Positions 25,416-34,792 of a stretch of 64,000 nt of DNA are shown piece after piece; positions within the stretch are counted from its first letter, which is position 1; each line of letters begins with the position of its first letter. The position numbers were made by a program, and so were the translations under genes. The stretch lies in NCBI RefSeq assembly GCF_022846255.1, contig NZ_AP025682.1. One strand, given 5' to 3'. This stretch comes from Escherichia coli. GTDB lineage: Bacteria > Pseudomonadota > Gammaproteobacteria > Enterobacterales > Enterobacteriaceae. The notes below the pieces were generated by a model. That model was not told the origin of the DNA. It worked only from the letters and a program-made list of their open reading frames with translations, and made no database searches.

Positions 25416-25671
25416 TCAATTGTTACTCAAAAATGGTTTATTACTTTTAATTAAGCGGGGGCACATCTACAGGAAAGAAACAACAAATAATAAGGATGAA
25501 TTATGGATGCTATAAATATTTTATATTCAAGAATATTTTTTGATTGGGTCTTCATTTGCTTCATCAGGATGGTGTACCCGAAAAAGTCAGCAGCTTTACC
25601 GCACCAGGGTTTAAGGTGAAATCTACCATTCATAACGACCGGTCAGTGCCGCACCAACCGGTCTTTAATTG

Positions 25672-25950
25672 TTAGTAGTAGTAAATTTGTGGATAACAGT
25701 CCGGGAACCAGACGATTCCTTCCGGATCATCCCCCTGCATTACCCGATGACATTGGCGTCGATCATCTGCGCGACGGCGAAGCGTAGTATAGAGCCGCTT
25801 CCATTCATGATCGCCCGGTGTACTGTAGTTTACCCAACAATCCATTGAAGGGTGACGCCATTTACCTGTAAGTGTTGGGATCCCTGAATGCTTATGCGGC
25901 TTCGCTTTACCATTACGATCCCTATCTTTACGCGTATTAAACGTGGACAT
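25672..25950 (-). CDS. Hypothetical small protein (92 aa), His/Cys/Trp-rich; possibly the 3' part of a frameshifted gene
   Basis: ORF MSTFNTRKDRDRNGKAKPHKHSGIPTLTGKWRHPSMDCWVNYSTPGDHEWKRLY...; AT-rich context; no recognisable family. Confidence 0.3.
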   Translation of the reverse strand: MSTFNTRKDRDRNGKAKPHKHSGIPTLTGKWRHPSMDCWVNYSTPGDHEWKRLYTTLRRRADDRRQCHRVMQGDDPEGIVWFPDCYPQIYYY

Positions 25951-26011
25951 TTTTAGTCTCCTGTTAAGAGTTCTAAAAATGTGCTTCCTTAAAATAGTTC
26001 ATCATTTTCCC

Positions 26012-26224
26012 TTAATTCGCATAGCGTGCTTTTGCACGAATTTCCGATACGCGGGGACCATTATGATAGCGTCGATGCCCACACATCCAACAAGAACAAA
26101 TACAGGGAGTACGAAAGCAAATACCTGATGCTTTTTTGCTTCCATCGCCTGCAGTGCGATAACGACAGCGGATTTTTTTTAATCGCACCATATGATGGCG
26201 ACGTTCAGCACGATTACGGGTCAT
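26012..26224 (-). CDS. Hypothetical Cys-rich small protein (70 aa), possible zinc-ribbon
   Basis: ORF MTRNRAERRHHMVRLKKIRCRYRTAGDGSKKASGICFRTPCICSCWMCGHRRYH...; same strand as, and 60 bp upstream of, the 92-aa ORF in a different frame. Confidence 0.3.
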   Translation of the reverse strand: MTRNRAERRHHMVRLKKIRCRYRTAGDGSKKASGICFRTPCICSCWMCGHRRYHNGPRVSEIRAKARYAN

Positions 26225-26308
26225 AGCAAAACTCCTGAGCAGGCGGCACTATGCCGCTTTCATAGGAGTTCTGAATGCTGGTGCTTTCTGTATGGCATAA
26301 CCATGCCT

Positions 26309-26599
26309 CTAACGGTTAAGTGCTTGCAGCACATGTTGCGGATCATTGGCAATCGCTCGCAGCAAAGCCTTTGCAGGCCCGGTCGGTGAACGTCGCCCCT
26401 GCTCCCAGTTACGCAACGTGTCTACGCTTACGGAAATAAGATCGGCAAATTTAGATTGTGACAACCCTGAAGCGCGGCGTATTTCTTTGATTTTCATAGC
26501 ATCAACTTCAAAAGTCCGTGAAGGCTGTCGCGTTCCTTCAATAATTTCATTCATCTGGGCCATGCTGTGAGTCAACCGCTCAAAAAGTGCCTTATCCAT
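26309..26599 (-). CDS. HTH (XRE-type) antitoxin, HigA-2-like
   Basis: HTH segment IKEIRRASGLSQSKFADLISVSVDTLRNWEQGRRSPTGPAKALL; start codon abuts the stop of the upstream toxin ORF. Confidence 0.7.
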   Translation of the reverse strand: MDKALFERLTHSMAQMNEIIEGTRQPSRTFEVDAMKIKEIRRASGLSQSKFADLISVSVDTLRNWEQGRRSPTGPAKALLRAIANDPQHVLQALNR

Positions 26600-26911
26600 T
26601 TACCACCTCGTATTTAACAACCGGAGCATTGCTTTTTCCTGGGGAGACAGATCATCTTTAATACCCTTACGATAAATAAGCAGTAATCTGATCTCATAAT
26701 GTTTAACCTGATGAAAGTAAATAACCCTGACACCAGCACGTTTCCCCTTTCCTCCTGAGACCCATCGAACCTTTCTTAACCCACCAGTTTCAGGTATTAC
26801 CTCACCATAGTCAGGATTCAAGGCCAGGAAAAACTGAAAACGACTGAATTCATCGTCGTTCAGCAGTTTTTGAACATCTTCAGTAAAAATTTCCGTTTCG
26901 ATGAAGAGCAT
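26600..26911 (-). CDS. Type II toxin, RelE/ParE superfamily, HigB-2-like
   Basis: 103 aa; ...ETGGLRKVRWVSGGKGKRAGVRVIYFHQVKHYEIRLLLIYRKGIKDDLSPQEKAMLRLL... matches the conserved core of the Vibrio HigB-2 family; toxin-first gene order. Confidence 0.7.
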   Translation of the reverse strand: MLFIETEIFTEDVQKLLNDDEFSRFQFFLALNPDYGEVIPETGGLRKVRWVSGGKGKRAGVRVIYFHQVKHYEIRLLLIYRKGIKDDLSPQEKAMLRLLNTRW

Positions 26912-27030
26912 AATTATACGCCATTGGCTTAGAGTAACAATCCTTTTTGTACGTCATTGACGTACCATTGAAACCACTAGCTTACTGATAGTGCTCCAGC
27001 AAAACCACGTCTCTGCCGGGTTTGTCTTTA

Positions 27031-27053
27031 CATTTGCGAGGCGCTTTCCAGAT
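27031..27053. repeat. Copy C (5' half only) of the ~45-bp intergenic repeat
   Basis: catttgcgaggcgctttccagat, 21/23 match to the 5' half of copy A. Confidence 0.5.
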
Positions 27054-27127
27054 TTTTCACGCCCGTGAATTTCCCTGTATCCATCCAGCAAAAACGGGTG
27101 TATAAAACTGTACATTCATACAGCAAA

Positions 27128-28048
27128 ATGAGTTCTACTATGGCACTGGAAAAAGGAATTGCAGAGTTAGTCGAAGAGTTTATCGCTGCGGGTCGCCCCT
27201 CATCGCGCCAACAAAGTATTACGCAGCGCAGAGAGGGCTATATCGCCAGCGCTGTCCTTGCGGGTGAGACAGAAACGCGGGTAGATATTCAGACTATCGA
27301 ACTTGAAGGGATGACCTTACGAATAGTGTCACCGCTGAATGCCCCGACATTACTCCCGACGATAATTTATTACTACGGTGGCTGTTTTGTTAGCGGCGGG
27401 TTCGCAACTCACGACAACCAGCTGCGCCAGTTAGCCTATTACGGGCAATGTCGGATTATTGCCGTCCAGTATCGGCTGGCACCGGAACATACTTTCCCCG
27501 CCGCCCATGATGATGCACAACGAGGTGCAGAATTAGTCCGGCAACACGCCGAACGACTCGGCGTTGATAAACAACGAATAACTCTTGCCGGTGACAGTGC
27601 GGGAGGGCATCTGGCGCTGGTAACTGCTTTGCGATTGAAGCGTGCTGGCGAGTGGCAACCAGCACAACTCATCTTAATTTATCCTATGCTTGATGCGACT
27701 GCGCATTTCGAAAGCTACATACGCAATGGTCACGATTACATCATCACACGCGACACTTTACTGAGCGGCTTTGAGATGTACCTGCCAGGCATTGAACGCA
27801 GGCATCCTGAAGCCAGCCCTATTTGGCGCAATGATTTCAATGGCTTGCCACCTGTACATATCATTACCGCTGAATACGACCCACTTTGCGATGAAGGTGA
27901 AGCGTTGTATCACCGCATGACAGGGCAAGGAGTGCAATGCACCTGCCAACGCTACCTTGGCGTTATCCACGGATTTTTTCAGTTAGGTGGTATCAGTGAG
28001 GCTGCGCGATCGGCGCTACGGGATGTTGCCTGGAGAGCGGGAAGGTAA
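27128..28048 (+). CDS. Alpha/beta-hydrolase, hormone-sensitive-lipase-type esterase (Aes-like)
   Basis: Oxyanion-hole motif YYYGGCFVSGG (HGG-type) and nucleophile elbow GDSAGG; C-terminal HGF; start placed at ATG 27128 (MSSTMALEKG), alternatives at 27065 (GTG) and 27140. Confidence 0.7.
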   Translation: MSSTMALEKGIAELVEEFIAAGRPSSRQQSITQRREGYIASAVLAGETETRVDIQTIELEGMTLRIVSPLNAPTLLPTIIYYYGGCFVSGGFATHDNQLRQLAYYGQCRIIAVQYRLAPEHTFPAAHDDAQRGAELVRQHAERLGVDKQRITLAGDSAGGHLALVTALRLKRAGEWQPAQLILIYPMLDATAHFESYIRNGHDYIITRDTLLSGFEMYLPGIERRHPEASPIWRNDFNGLPPVHIITAEYDPLCDEGEALYHRMTGQGVQCTCQRYLGVIHGFFQLGGISEAARSALRDVAWRAGR

Positions 28049-28111
28049 CTCCGGACCAGGGCCCAGAAAAGGTTTTCAGATTGAAAACCTTTTCAGTCAA
28101 GTAAAACGCCC

Positions 28112-29101
28112 CTACTCTTCTTCGTTTCCGCCCTCTTCATACGGACCAAATGGCTTCGCGGGCAGAACGATATACGTGCCTTCAAACACTGCACCCGGCG
28201 TCTCGTCGCCAAAGATTTCGACCTGCATTTGTACCCGCGCTTTTCGTCCGCGCGCCAGACGGTCGAGATCGCCACTTAAGGCACCAAGGTCGGCTACCGC
28301 ATGGGGTTTACCACTAATCGGTTTGCTATAGCGGATATGCGCATCCGCCAGAATAATCGTTCCGCCGAGGTGGCGTTCGCGCAGCATCAGCCAGATAAGC
28401 CCCCAACCGGTGAGCGTAGCCAGCGAGAATAAACTCCCGGCAAACAGCGTGTGATGCGGATTCTGATTGCCGGTTTCCGGCATGGTGGTGATAAATTTTT
28501 GCCCGGTATATTGCTGAATGCGCACACCCATTTTTTCGCTTAACGGGATATGTTCATACCACGCTTGCTGGAGCTGGGCGCACCAGTCGCCGCGATGAAG
28601 AATATCATCCAGAGTGGCAACAGGTTTTATCATCAAAAAATGGCGAATCGGCGTGGTGGTTGGCGTGGTGATTTCACCCTGATTAACAAACCCCAGCTTG
28701 GCGAAAAACTCCACCGCGTCTTCACGGGCGCTACAGGTCACGCGCTTAACGCCTTCCTGACGTGCCACCGACTCCAGGGTCATCGCCATCAGCGTGCCTA
28801 ACCCTTTGTCCTGCACGTCGGGATGAACGGCCATAAAGCGAATGGACGCTTCATTGTCGGCATTAATATACAGTCGGCCTACCGCTACCAGATTACCCTG
28901 CTCGTCGACGACCATCTGGTGATGCGCCATCGCATCCCACGCGTCGCGTTCCGAACCTTTTGGTTGATGCAGGGGCTTACGCAACATTTCCCAGCGAAAC
29001 TGATAGTAACGCTCTAATTCTTCTTCTGTTTGTGGAACCCGAAGGTGATACATAGCGATACTCTCTCTTGTTTCCCGTGACAACCCTGGAAGCTGGCTCA
29101 T
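28112..29101 (-). CDS. yiiD: GNAT acetyltransferase / hotdog thioesterase fusion protein YiiD (FabY)
   Basis: 329 aa; [56 protein letters not shown]... Confidence 0.9.
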
Positions 29102-29535
29102 ACCTGCAACCAGAATGTCACGGGGCCATCATTGACCAGCGATACCTGCATATCCGCAGCGAAGCGTCCTGTTTGCGTGTTCATCTCTTGCTGACGGCAG
29201 CGTTCGACGAAATAGTCATATAACGCCTCTGCGCGATCCGGTGATGCGCCTTTGGAGAAACTTGGGCGCATCCCCCGTTCGGTATCTGCGGCAAGGGTAA
29301 ACTGGGAAACCACCAGTACACTGCCGCCCGCCTGTTGCACGTTGAGATTCATCTTGCCTTCGGCATCGCTAAAGATGCGGTAGCCGAGCACACGCTCGCA
29401 CAGACGGTTTGCTTTCTGTTCGTCGTCATCCTTTTCGACACCCAATAACACCAAAAGTCCCGCGCCAATTTCACCCGTCACTTCTCCCTCCACGGTGACG
29501 CTGGCACGGGTTACGCGTTGAATTAATGCAATCAT
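29098..29535 (-). CDS. dtd: D-aminoacyl-tRNA deacylase
   Basis: 145 aa; [55 protein letters not shown]... Confidence 0.95.
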
Positions 29536-30404
29536 GGTTCGTCGTCTTCTTCTTGTTCAGCAGCTTGTTTTAATTTGCGGTATTCCCCGAGAGTGACAGT
29601 AATTTCCGCGCCAAGCAAGACGATACACCATGTCCAGTAGACCCAAACAAAGAGAATGGGGATCACCGCCAGCACACCGTAAATGAGCTGATATGATGGG
29701 AACATGGTGATATAAAGCGCGAAACCTTTCTTTCCTGCTTCGAACAGGAGCGCGGCGACAAACGCGCCGACAATCGCGTCGCGGTTAGGTACACGGATGG
29801 TAGGAACGATGCTGTACAGCAGCCAGAAAGAGATCCACGACAACAGCAGCGGAAAAATACGCAACACATTATCGATGACAGTATTGAGATCGCTCGCCCA
29901 GCGCAGAGAGAGCAGATAGGAGCTGATCGCCAGACTGGCCCCTGCCAACAGCGGCCCCAGCGTTAAAATCATCCAGTACACGGCAAACGAGTAAATTTTG
30001 GGTCGCGCTCGTTTACTGCGCCAGATGGTATTCAACGCGCTATCGATGGAGTACATCAACAATAACGCCGTGACGATCAGCCCGCACGCCCCGACGGCGG
30101 TCATTTTGTTGGAATTGGCGACAAACTGTTCGATATATCGCTGGATAACATCGCCAGTAGCAGGCAGAAAGTTGGCAAAAATAAAGTGACGCAACTGAAT
30201 GCTGACGTCGGAAAACATGGGAAAAGCGGCGAAAAGCGCAAAAACAACGGCAACCAGCGGCACTAATGAGAGCAACGACACATAGGCAAGGTTACCTGCC
30301 AAGGTTGTCATGTTGTCCTCATCAATGCGTTGCCAGAGTAGTTTTAGCCAGGCCCATAGTGGACGGGTACGATGCCTGGCTTTGTCCTGAATGGTTTTTA
30401 GCAT
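29532..30404 (-). CDS. yihY: Inner-membrane protein YihY (BrkB/YihY family)
   Basis: 290 aa; multi-TM; synteny dtd–yihY–yihX. Confidence 0.9.
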
Positions 30405-30997
30405 AACACCTTCGCGAAATAGTCCGGGATGGTGGTTTTATCTTTCACCAGAATACTAGTAATGCCTAGCCGATTAGCTCCTTCTATATTATCGGCGTTA
30501 TCGTCGAAAAAGACCGTATCGTCTGGTGAAAAACCTTCTGCCTGCAAAACATGCTGATAAATTCGTGCTTCAGGTTTGCGCATACCCAAGTCTTGCGACA
30601 GATAGATATGGTCAGCAGCATCACGGATTTCCGGGTATTCCTCCGGCCAGAAGGTAGTATGCAGGCGGTTAGTATTGGAAAGCACCACCACGCGATGCCC
30701 CTGCTCACGCAGTTTATGCATGATGGCGATCACTTCCGGTCGTAGCGCAACAAATACCGCCTGCCAACCGTGGGAGAACTGCTCATAGCTTAGCGGCAGG
30801 GCCATCTCATGACACAGTGCCTCTGCGAACGCTTCGTCGCTAATTTCCCCACGCTCATGCTGATGAAACGCCTCGCCCATGTGGAAACTCTTCTTAAGCG
30901 TAGCCAGTGGAACACGCGTTAAATCGCTCCAGGCCCCCAGCACACGGTTAAAGTCGATATCGACAATCACATTACCTAAATCAAAGATATAGAGCAT
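30398..30997 (-). CDS. yihX: HAD-family alpha-D-glucose-1-phosphate phosphatase YihX
   Basis: [25 protein letters not shown]... (HAD motif I DxGxV); 199 aa from the internal Met. Confidence 0.9.
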
Positions 30998-31095
30998 TTT
31001 TGCCTCCTTTCGCGCCACAAGAAATTAACTGTAGCGGGAAAGGATGGGTTTGGCTATGTGGCCAAGTGTGAAGCCAGGTCAACGGTCACAAAATT

Positions 31096-31881
31096 CTACG
31101 CGTCTTCCTGGGGAAGGATGATTTCAATTTGGCTGTCTTGTAAGCGTGATTTTAGCGCAGCGGGCGGCAGCTCGTCGGTAAAGAGCGCAGTGACCTGTGC
31201 CACGTTACCAATTTCAACCGCCGCCGAAGCATGATACTTAGTGTGATCGGCGACCAGCAGGATATTTCTCGCGTGCGCCATCATCGTTTTCACCACGTTA
31301 GCTTCGTTAACATCAAACTCCATCAACGCGCCATCGCTCTCGATTGCGCCTACGCTTGTTACCAGATAATCTGCGCGAAAATCGGCCACAAAGGACGCCG
31401 CTGAAGGGCCAATGATCCCACTGTTATGGGAACGCAGCGTTCCGCCAGGCACCATCACTTCAAAGCGCGGGTTGTGGTAAAGAATATGCGCCACACGCAG
31501 GCTGTTGGTGATTATCCGCAAATGGTTATGGTTAAGTAACGCCCGGGCAACATGCTCAACGGTCGTACCAATGGTGATAAATATTGTTGAACCATCAGGA
31601 ATATAATCTGCCACCGCTTCGGCAATCGCTTTTTTTTCTTCGGTTTGCGAAACCTCACGCTGCTCGAACGCCGTATTAACGACGCTGGAAGCCCGACCCG
31701 CGCCACCGTGATGGCGCGTAATCAGTCCTTGCTCGCTTAATTTACGAATATCCCGGCGCACCGTCTGCGTGGAGACATCCAGCAGATTTGCCAGCTCATC
31801 AATATTCATATACCCACGCTCGGCGATCAGCATGAGGAGTTGGTCGTGCCGCGGGTTACCGGTTAGTTCGGTAAGGCTCAT
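31096..31881 (-). CDS. yihW: DeoR-family repressor of sulfoquinovose catabolism (CsqR/YihW)
   Basis: MSLTELTGNPRHDQLLMLIAERGYMNIDELANLLDVSTQTVRRDIRKL...; HTH plus sugar-binding domain; 261 aa from the internal Met. Confidence 0.9.
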   Translation of the reverse strand: MSLTELTGNPRHDQLLMLIAERGYMNIDELANLLDVSTQTVRRDIRKLSEQGLITRHHGGAGRASSVVNTAFEQREVSQTEEKKAIAEAVADYIPDGSTIFITIGTTVEHVARALLNHNHLRIITNSLRVAHILYHNPRFEVMVPGGTLRSHNSGIIGPSAASFVADFRADYLVTSVGAIESDGALMEFDVNEANVVKTMMAHARNILLVADHTKYHASAAVEIGNVAQVTALFTDELPPAALKSRLQDSQIEIILPQEDA

Positions 31882-31914
31882 GAAAATTCCTCGAAAAACC
31901 ATCACCCTGGCATT

Positions 31915-32811
31915 TTATACAAAAAGTGACAAAAAAGATCGGGTTTGATCACAGTCAGGGATCCCAGCTCGTCCACCGGGACGTGTGCATTTTAACGCCG
32001 CTACACCGCTGGCGAAGCGGACTGACTCCGCTAAATCCCCACCTGTGGCCAGCGCCACCGCCAAAGCGCCGTGAAAAACATCACCCGCTCCTGTGGTATC
32101 TACCACATCAACTTTGAAGGCCGGTTGATGTTGACGCCCGCCATTTTCCAGCCAGTCGCAGCCTGCGCTGCCCTGGGTCACATAGACATGACCATTTGTG
32201 AGCGTTTGTGCCTGTTTTAGGGCACTCGCCATCTCTTTCACGCCCGTTAAGCGCGCCAGACCCGGTTCTGAAAAAGCTGCATGATCGCTTAACGCCACCA
32301 GTTCGCTGATATCCTGCGGCGTAATATCACCGTCCAGCACGGTCATTACGCCCGCCTGCCGCGCCAGAGTGAAGGCTTTTTTCGCGCCGTCGTGCCAGCG
32401 TACATCTGCCAGCACCACGTCCCACTGAGAGAAATCAATTTCCTCCAACCACTCTGCATCAGGCAGTAGGTCTGGGCTGGGATAGTTAATGATGATGCGC
32501 TCACCTTTGGCATCCACCATGATGGCGGATTGCGAAGATTTCGCCTGGTTATACCGTTTGGTGTAACGGGTGTTAACACCCCAGGATTCCAGCTCTGCCA
32601 GCAGGCTGTTGCCCGTGTCGTCGTCACCGACGCGACCAATAAAATCGACCTGCGCACCTAGTCTGGCCGCCGCAACTGCTGCTGTAGCCGCTGGCCCGCC
32701 GCCAACTTCCGTATAATTTTTCGCCACGTATTTACCGCTCTCCGTCGGCAATCCTTCCACGTAATAGATGCGATCCATCACGGTAATTCCTACACAAGCA
32801 ACACGAATCAT
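31915..32811 (-). CDS. yihV: 6-deoxy-6-sulfofructose kinase (PfkB family)
   Basis: MIRVACVGITVMDRIYYVEGLPTESGKYVAKNYTEVGGGPAATAAVAAARLGA...; C-terminal DTTGAGD motif; 298 aa. Confidence 0.9.
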   Translation of the reverse strand: MIRVACVGITVMDRIYYVEGLPTESGKYVAKNYTEVGGGPAATAAVAAARLGAQVDFIGRVGDDDTGNSLLAELESWGVNTRYTKRYNQAKSSQSAIMVDAKGERIIINYPSPDLLPDAEWLEEIDFSQWDVVLADVRWHDGAKKAFTLARQAGVMTVLDGDITPQDISELVALSDHAAFSEPGLARLTGVKEMASALKQAQTLTNGHVYVTQGSAGCDWLENGGRQHQPAFKVDVVDTTGAGDVFHGALAVALATGGDLAESVRFASGVAALKCTRPGGRAGIPDCDQTRSFLSLFV

Positions 32812-32817
32812 GGTCAT

Positions 32818-32978
32818 TCCTTAAGCATTTTGGGATGCGTTCATTTTAATTTCATCAATTGTTTAAAAAGTGACGGCTGTCAATTTTTTGACGATAAATT
32901 ACAAATACGATCAAAAACAGACAAGCAAGGCATGTCATAAATGACAAAAAGTGACATCACTGTATTCAGGAGAGAGTT
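32818..32978. promoter_or_regulatory. Divergent yihV / yihUTS… control region with repeated AAAAAGTGAC motifs (candidate CsqR operators)
   Basis: aaaaagtgac at 32864-32873 and 32945-32954, plus a third copy at 31921-31930 upstream of yihW; also near-palindrome tgtcataaatgaca. Confidence 0.4.
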
Positions 32979-33875
32979 ATGGCAGCAATCGCGTTTATCG
33001 GTTTAGGGCAAATGGGTTCGCCAATGGCGAGCAATTTATTGCAGCAAGGGCATCAACTTTGCGTCTTCGATGTGAATACCGAAGCCGTACAGCATCTGGT
33101 CGACAAAGGGGCGACTCCCGCTGCTAACCCAGCGCAGGCCGCTAAAGGTGCCGAATTTATCATTACCATGTTGCCGAATGGCGATCTGGTGCGTCACGTG
33201 TTGTTCGGTGAAAACGGTGTCTGTGAGAGCTTATCTTCCGATGCGCTGGTCATTGATATGTCGACCATCCACCCGCTGCAAACCGATAAATTGATTGCTG
33301 ATATGCAGGCCAGAGGCTTCAGCATGATGGATGTTCCGGTAGGCCGTACTTCCGCAAATGCCATTACCGGTACTCTGCTACTGCTGGCTGGCGGCACTGC
33401 TGAACAAGTTGAACGCGCCACGCCGATCCTGATGGCGATGGGCAGCGAGTTGATCAACGCGGGCGGTCCGGGCATGGGGATCCGCGTTAAGCTTATCAAC
33501 AACTACATGAGCATCGCGCTCAATGCGTTGTCGGCAGAAGCCGCCGTTTTGTGCGAAGCCCTCAATCTTCCCTTCGATGTTGCCGTCAAGGTAATGAGCG
33601 GTACTGCCGCCGGTAAAGGCCACTTCACCACTTCCTGGCCGAACAAAGTCCTCAGCGGAGATCTTTCTCCCGCCTTCATGATCGATCTTGCCCATAAGGA
33701 TCTTGGCATCGCCCTTGATGTCGCCAACCAGTTGCATGTGCCGATGCCACTGGGGGCCGCCTCACGGGAGGTTTATAGCCAGGCGCGCGCAGCGGGTCGC
33801 GGTCGCCAGGACTGGTCCGCCATTCTGGAGCAGGTCCGTGTCAGTGCCGGGATGACTGCCAAAGTAAAAATGTAA
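32979..33875 (+). CDS. yihU: 3-sulfolactaldehyde reductase (beta-hydroxyacid dehydrogenase family)
   Basis: [33 protein letters not shown]... (Rossmann GxGxxG); 298 aa. Confidence 0.9.
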   Translation: MAAIAFIGLGQMGSPMASNLLQQGHQLCVFDVNTEAVQHLVDKGATPAANPAQAAKGAEFIITMLPNGDLVRHVLFGENGVCESLSSDALVIDMSTIHPLQTDKLIADMQARGFSMMDVPVGRTSANAITGTLLLLAGGTAEQVERATPILMAMGSELINAGGPGMGIRVKLINNYMSIALNALSAEAAVLCEALNLPFDVAVKVMSGTAAGKGHFTTSWPNKVLSGDLSPAFMIDLAHKDLGIALDVANQLHVPMPLGAASREVYSQARAAGRGRQDWSAILEQVRVSAGMTAKVKM

Positions 33876-33898
33876 CGACTGGATAAAGGAATAAATGA

Positions 33899-34777
33899 AT
33901 GAATAAGTACACCATCAACGACATTACGCGTGCATCGGGCGGTTTTGCCATGCTGGCGGTCGATCAGCGCGAAGCCATGCGCATGATGTTTGCCGCGGCT
34001 GGCGCACCCGCTCCAGTAGCCGATAGCGTTTTAACTGATTTCAAAGTTAACGCCGCGAAGACTCTTTCACCTTATGCATCGGCGATTCTGGTAGATCAAC
34101 AATTCTGCTACCGCCAGGTGGTTGAGCAAAACGCGATTGCCAAAAGTTGCGCCATGATTGTCGCCGCCGATGAGTTCATTCCTGGCAACGGTATTCCGGT
34201 AGATAGCGTGGTCATTGACCGCAAAATCAATCCGCTACAAATCAAACAAGACGGTGGCAAAGCCTTAAAACTGCTGGTGCTGTGGCGTAGTGATGAAGAT
34301 GCGCAGCAACGCCTGGATATGGTGAAAGAGTTTAACGAAATGTGCCACTCACACGGTCTGGTAAGCATCATTGAGCCAGTCGTCCGCCCACCGCGTCGTG
34401 GCGATAAATTCGATCGCGAACAAGCAATCATCGATGCAGCCAAAGAGCTGGGCGACAGTGGCGCTGATCTCTACAAAGTTGAAATGCCGCTTTACGGTAA
34501 AGGTCCGCAACAAGAGCTTCTCAGTGCTTCACAACGTCTGAATGACCATATCAATATGCCGTGGGTGATCCTCTCTTCCGGTGTCGACGAAAAACTGTTC
34601 CCGCGTGCCGTACGCGTGGCAATGACAGCGGGTGCATCGGGCTTCCTGGCTGGTCGTGCCGTCTGGGCATCGGTCGTCGGTTTACCAGACAACGAGCTGA
34701 TGCTGCGTGACGTTTGCGCACCGAAATTACAACAACTTGGCGATATCGTCGACGAAATGATGGCTAAACGCCGTTAA
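33899..34777 (+). CDS. yihT: 6-deoxy-6-sulfofructose-1-phosphate aldolase
   Basis: 292 aa; [37 protein letters not shown]... Confidence 0.9.
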   Translation: MNKYTINDITRASGGFAMLAVDQREAMRMMFAAAGAPAPVADSVLTDFKVNAAKTLSPYASAILVDQQFCYRQVVEQNAIAKSCAMIVAADEFIPGNGIPVDSVVIDRKINPLQIKQDGGKALKLLVLWRSDEDAQQRLDMVKEFNEMCHSHGLVSIIEPVVRPPRRGDKFDREQAIIDAAKELGDSGADLYKVEMPLYGKGPQQELLSASQRLNDHINMPWVILSSGVDEKLFPRAVRVAMTAGASGFLAGRAVWASVVGLPDNELMLRDVCAPKLQQLGDIVDEMMAKRR

Positions 34778-34792
34778 GATGGGGATACAAAA

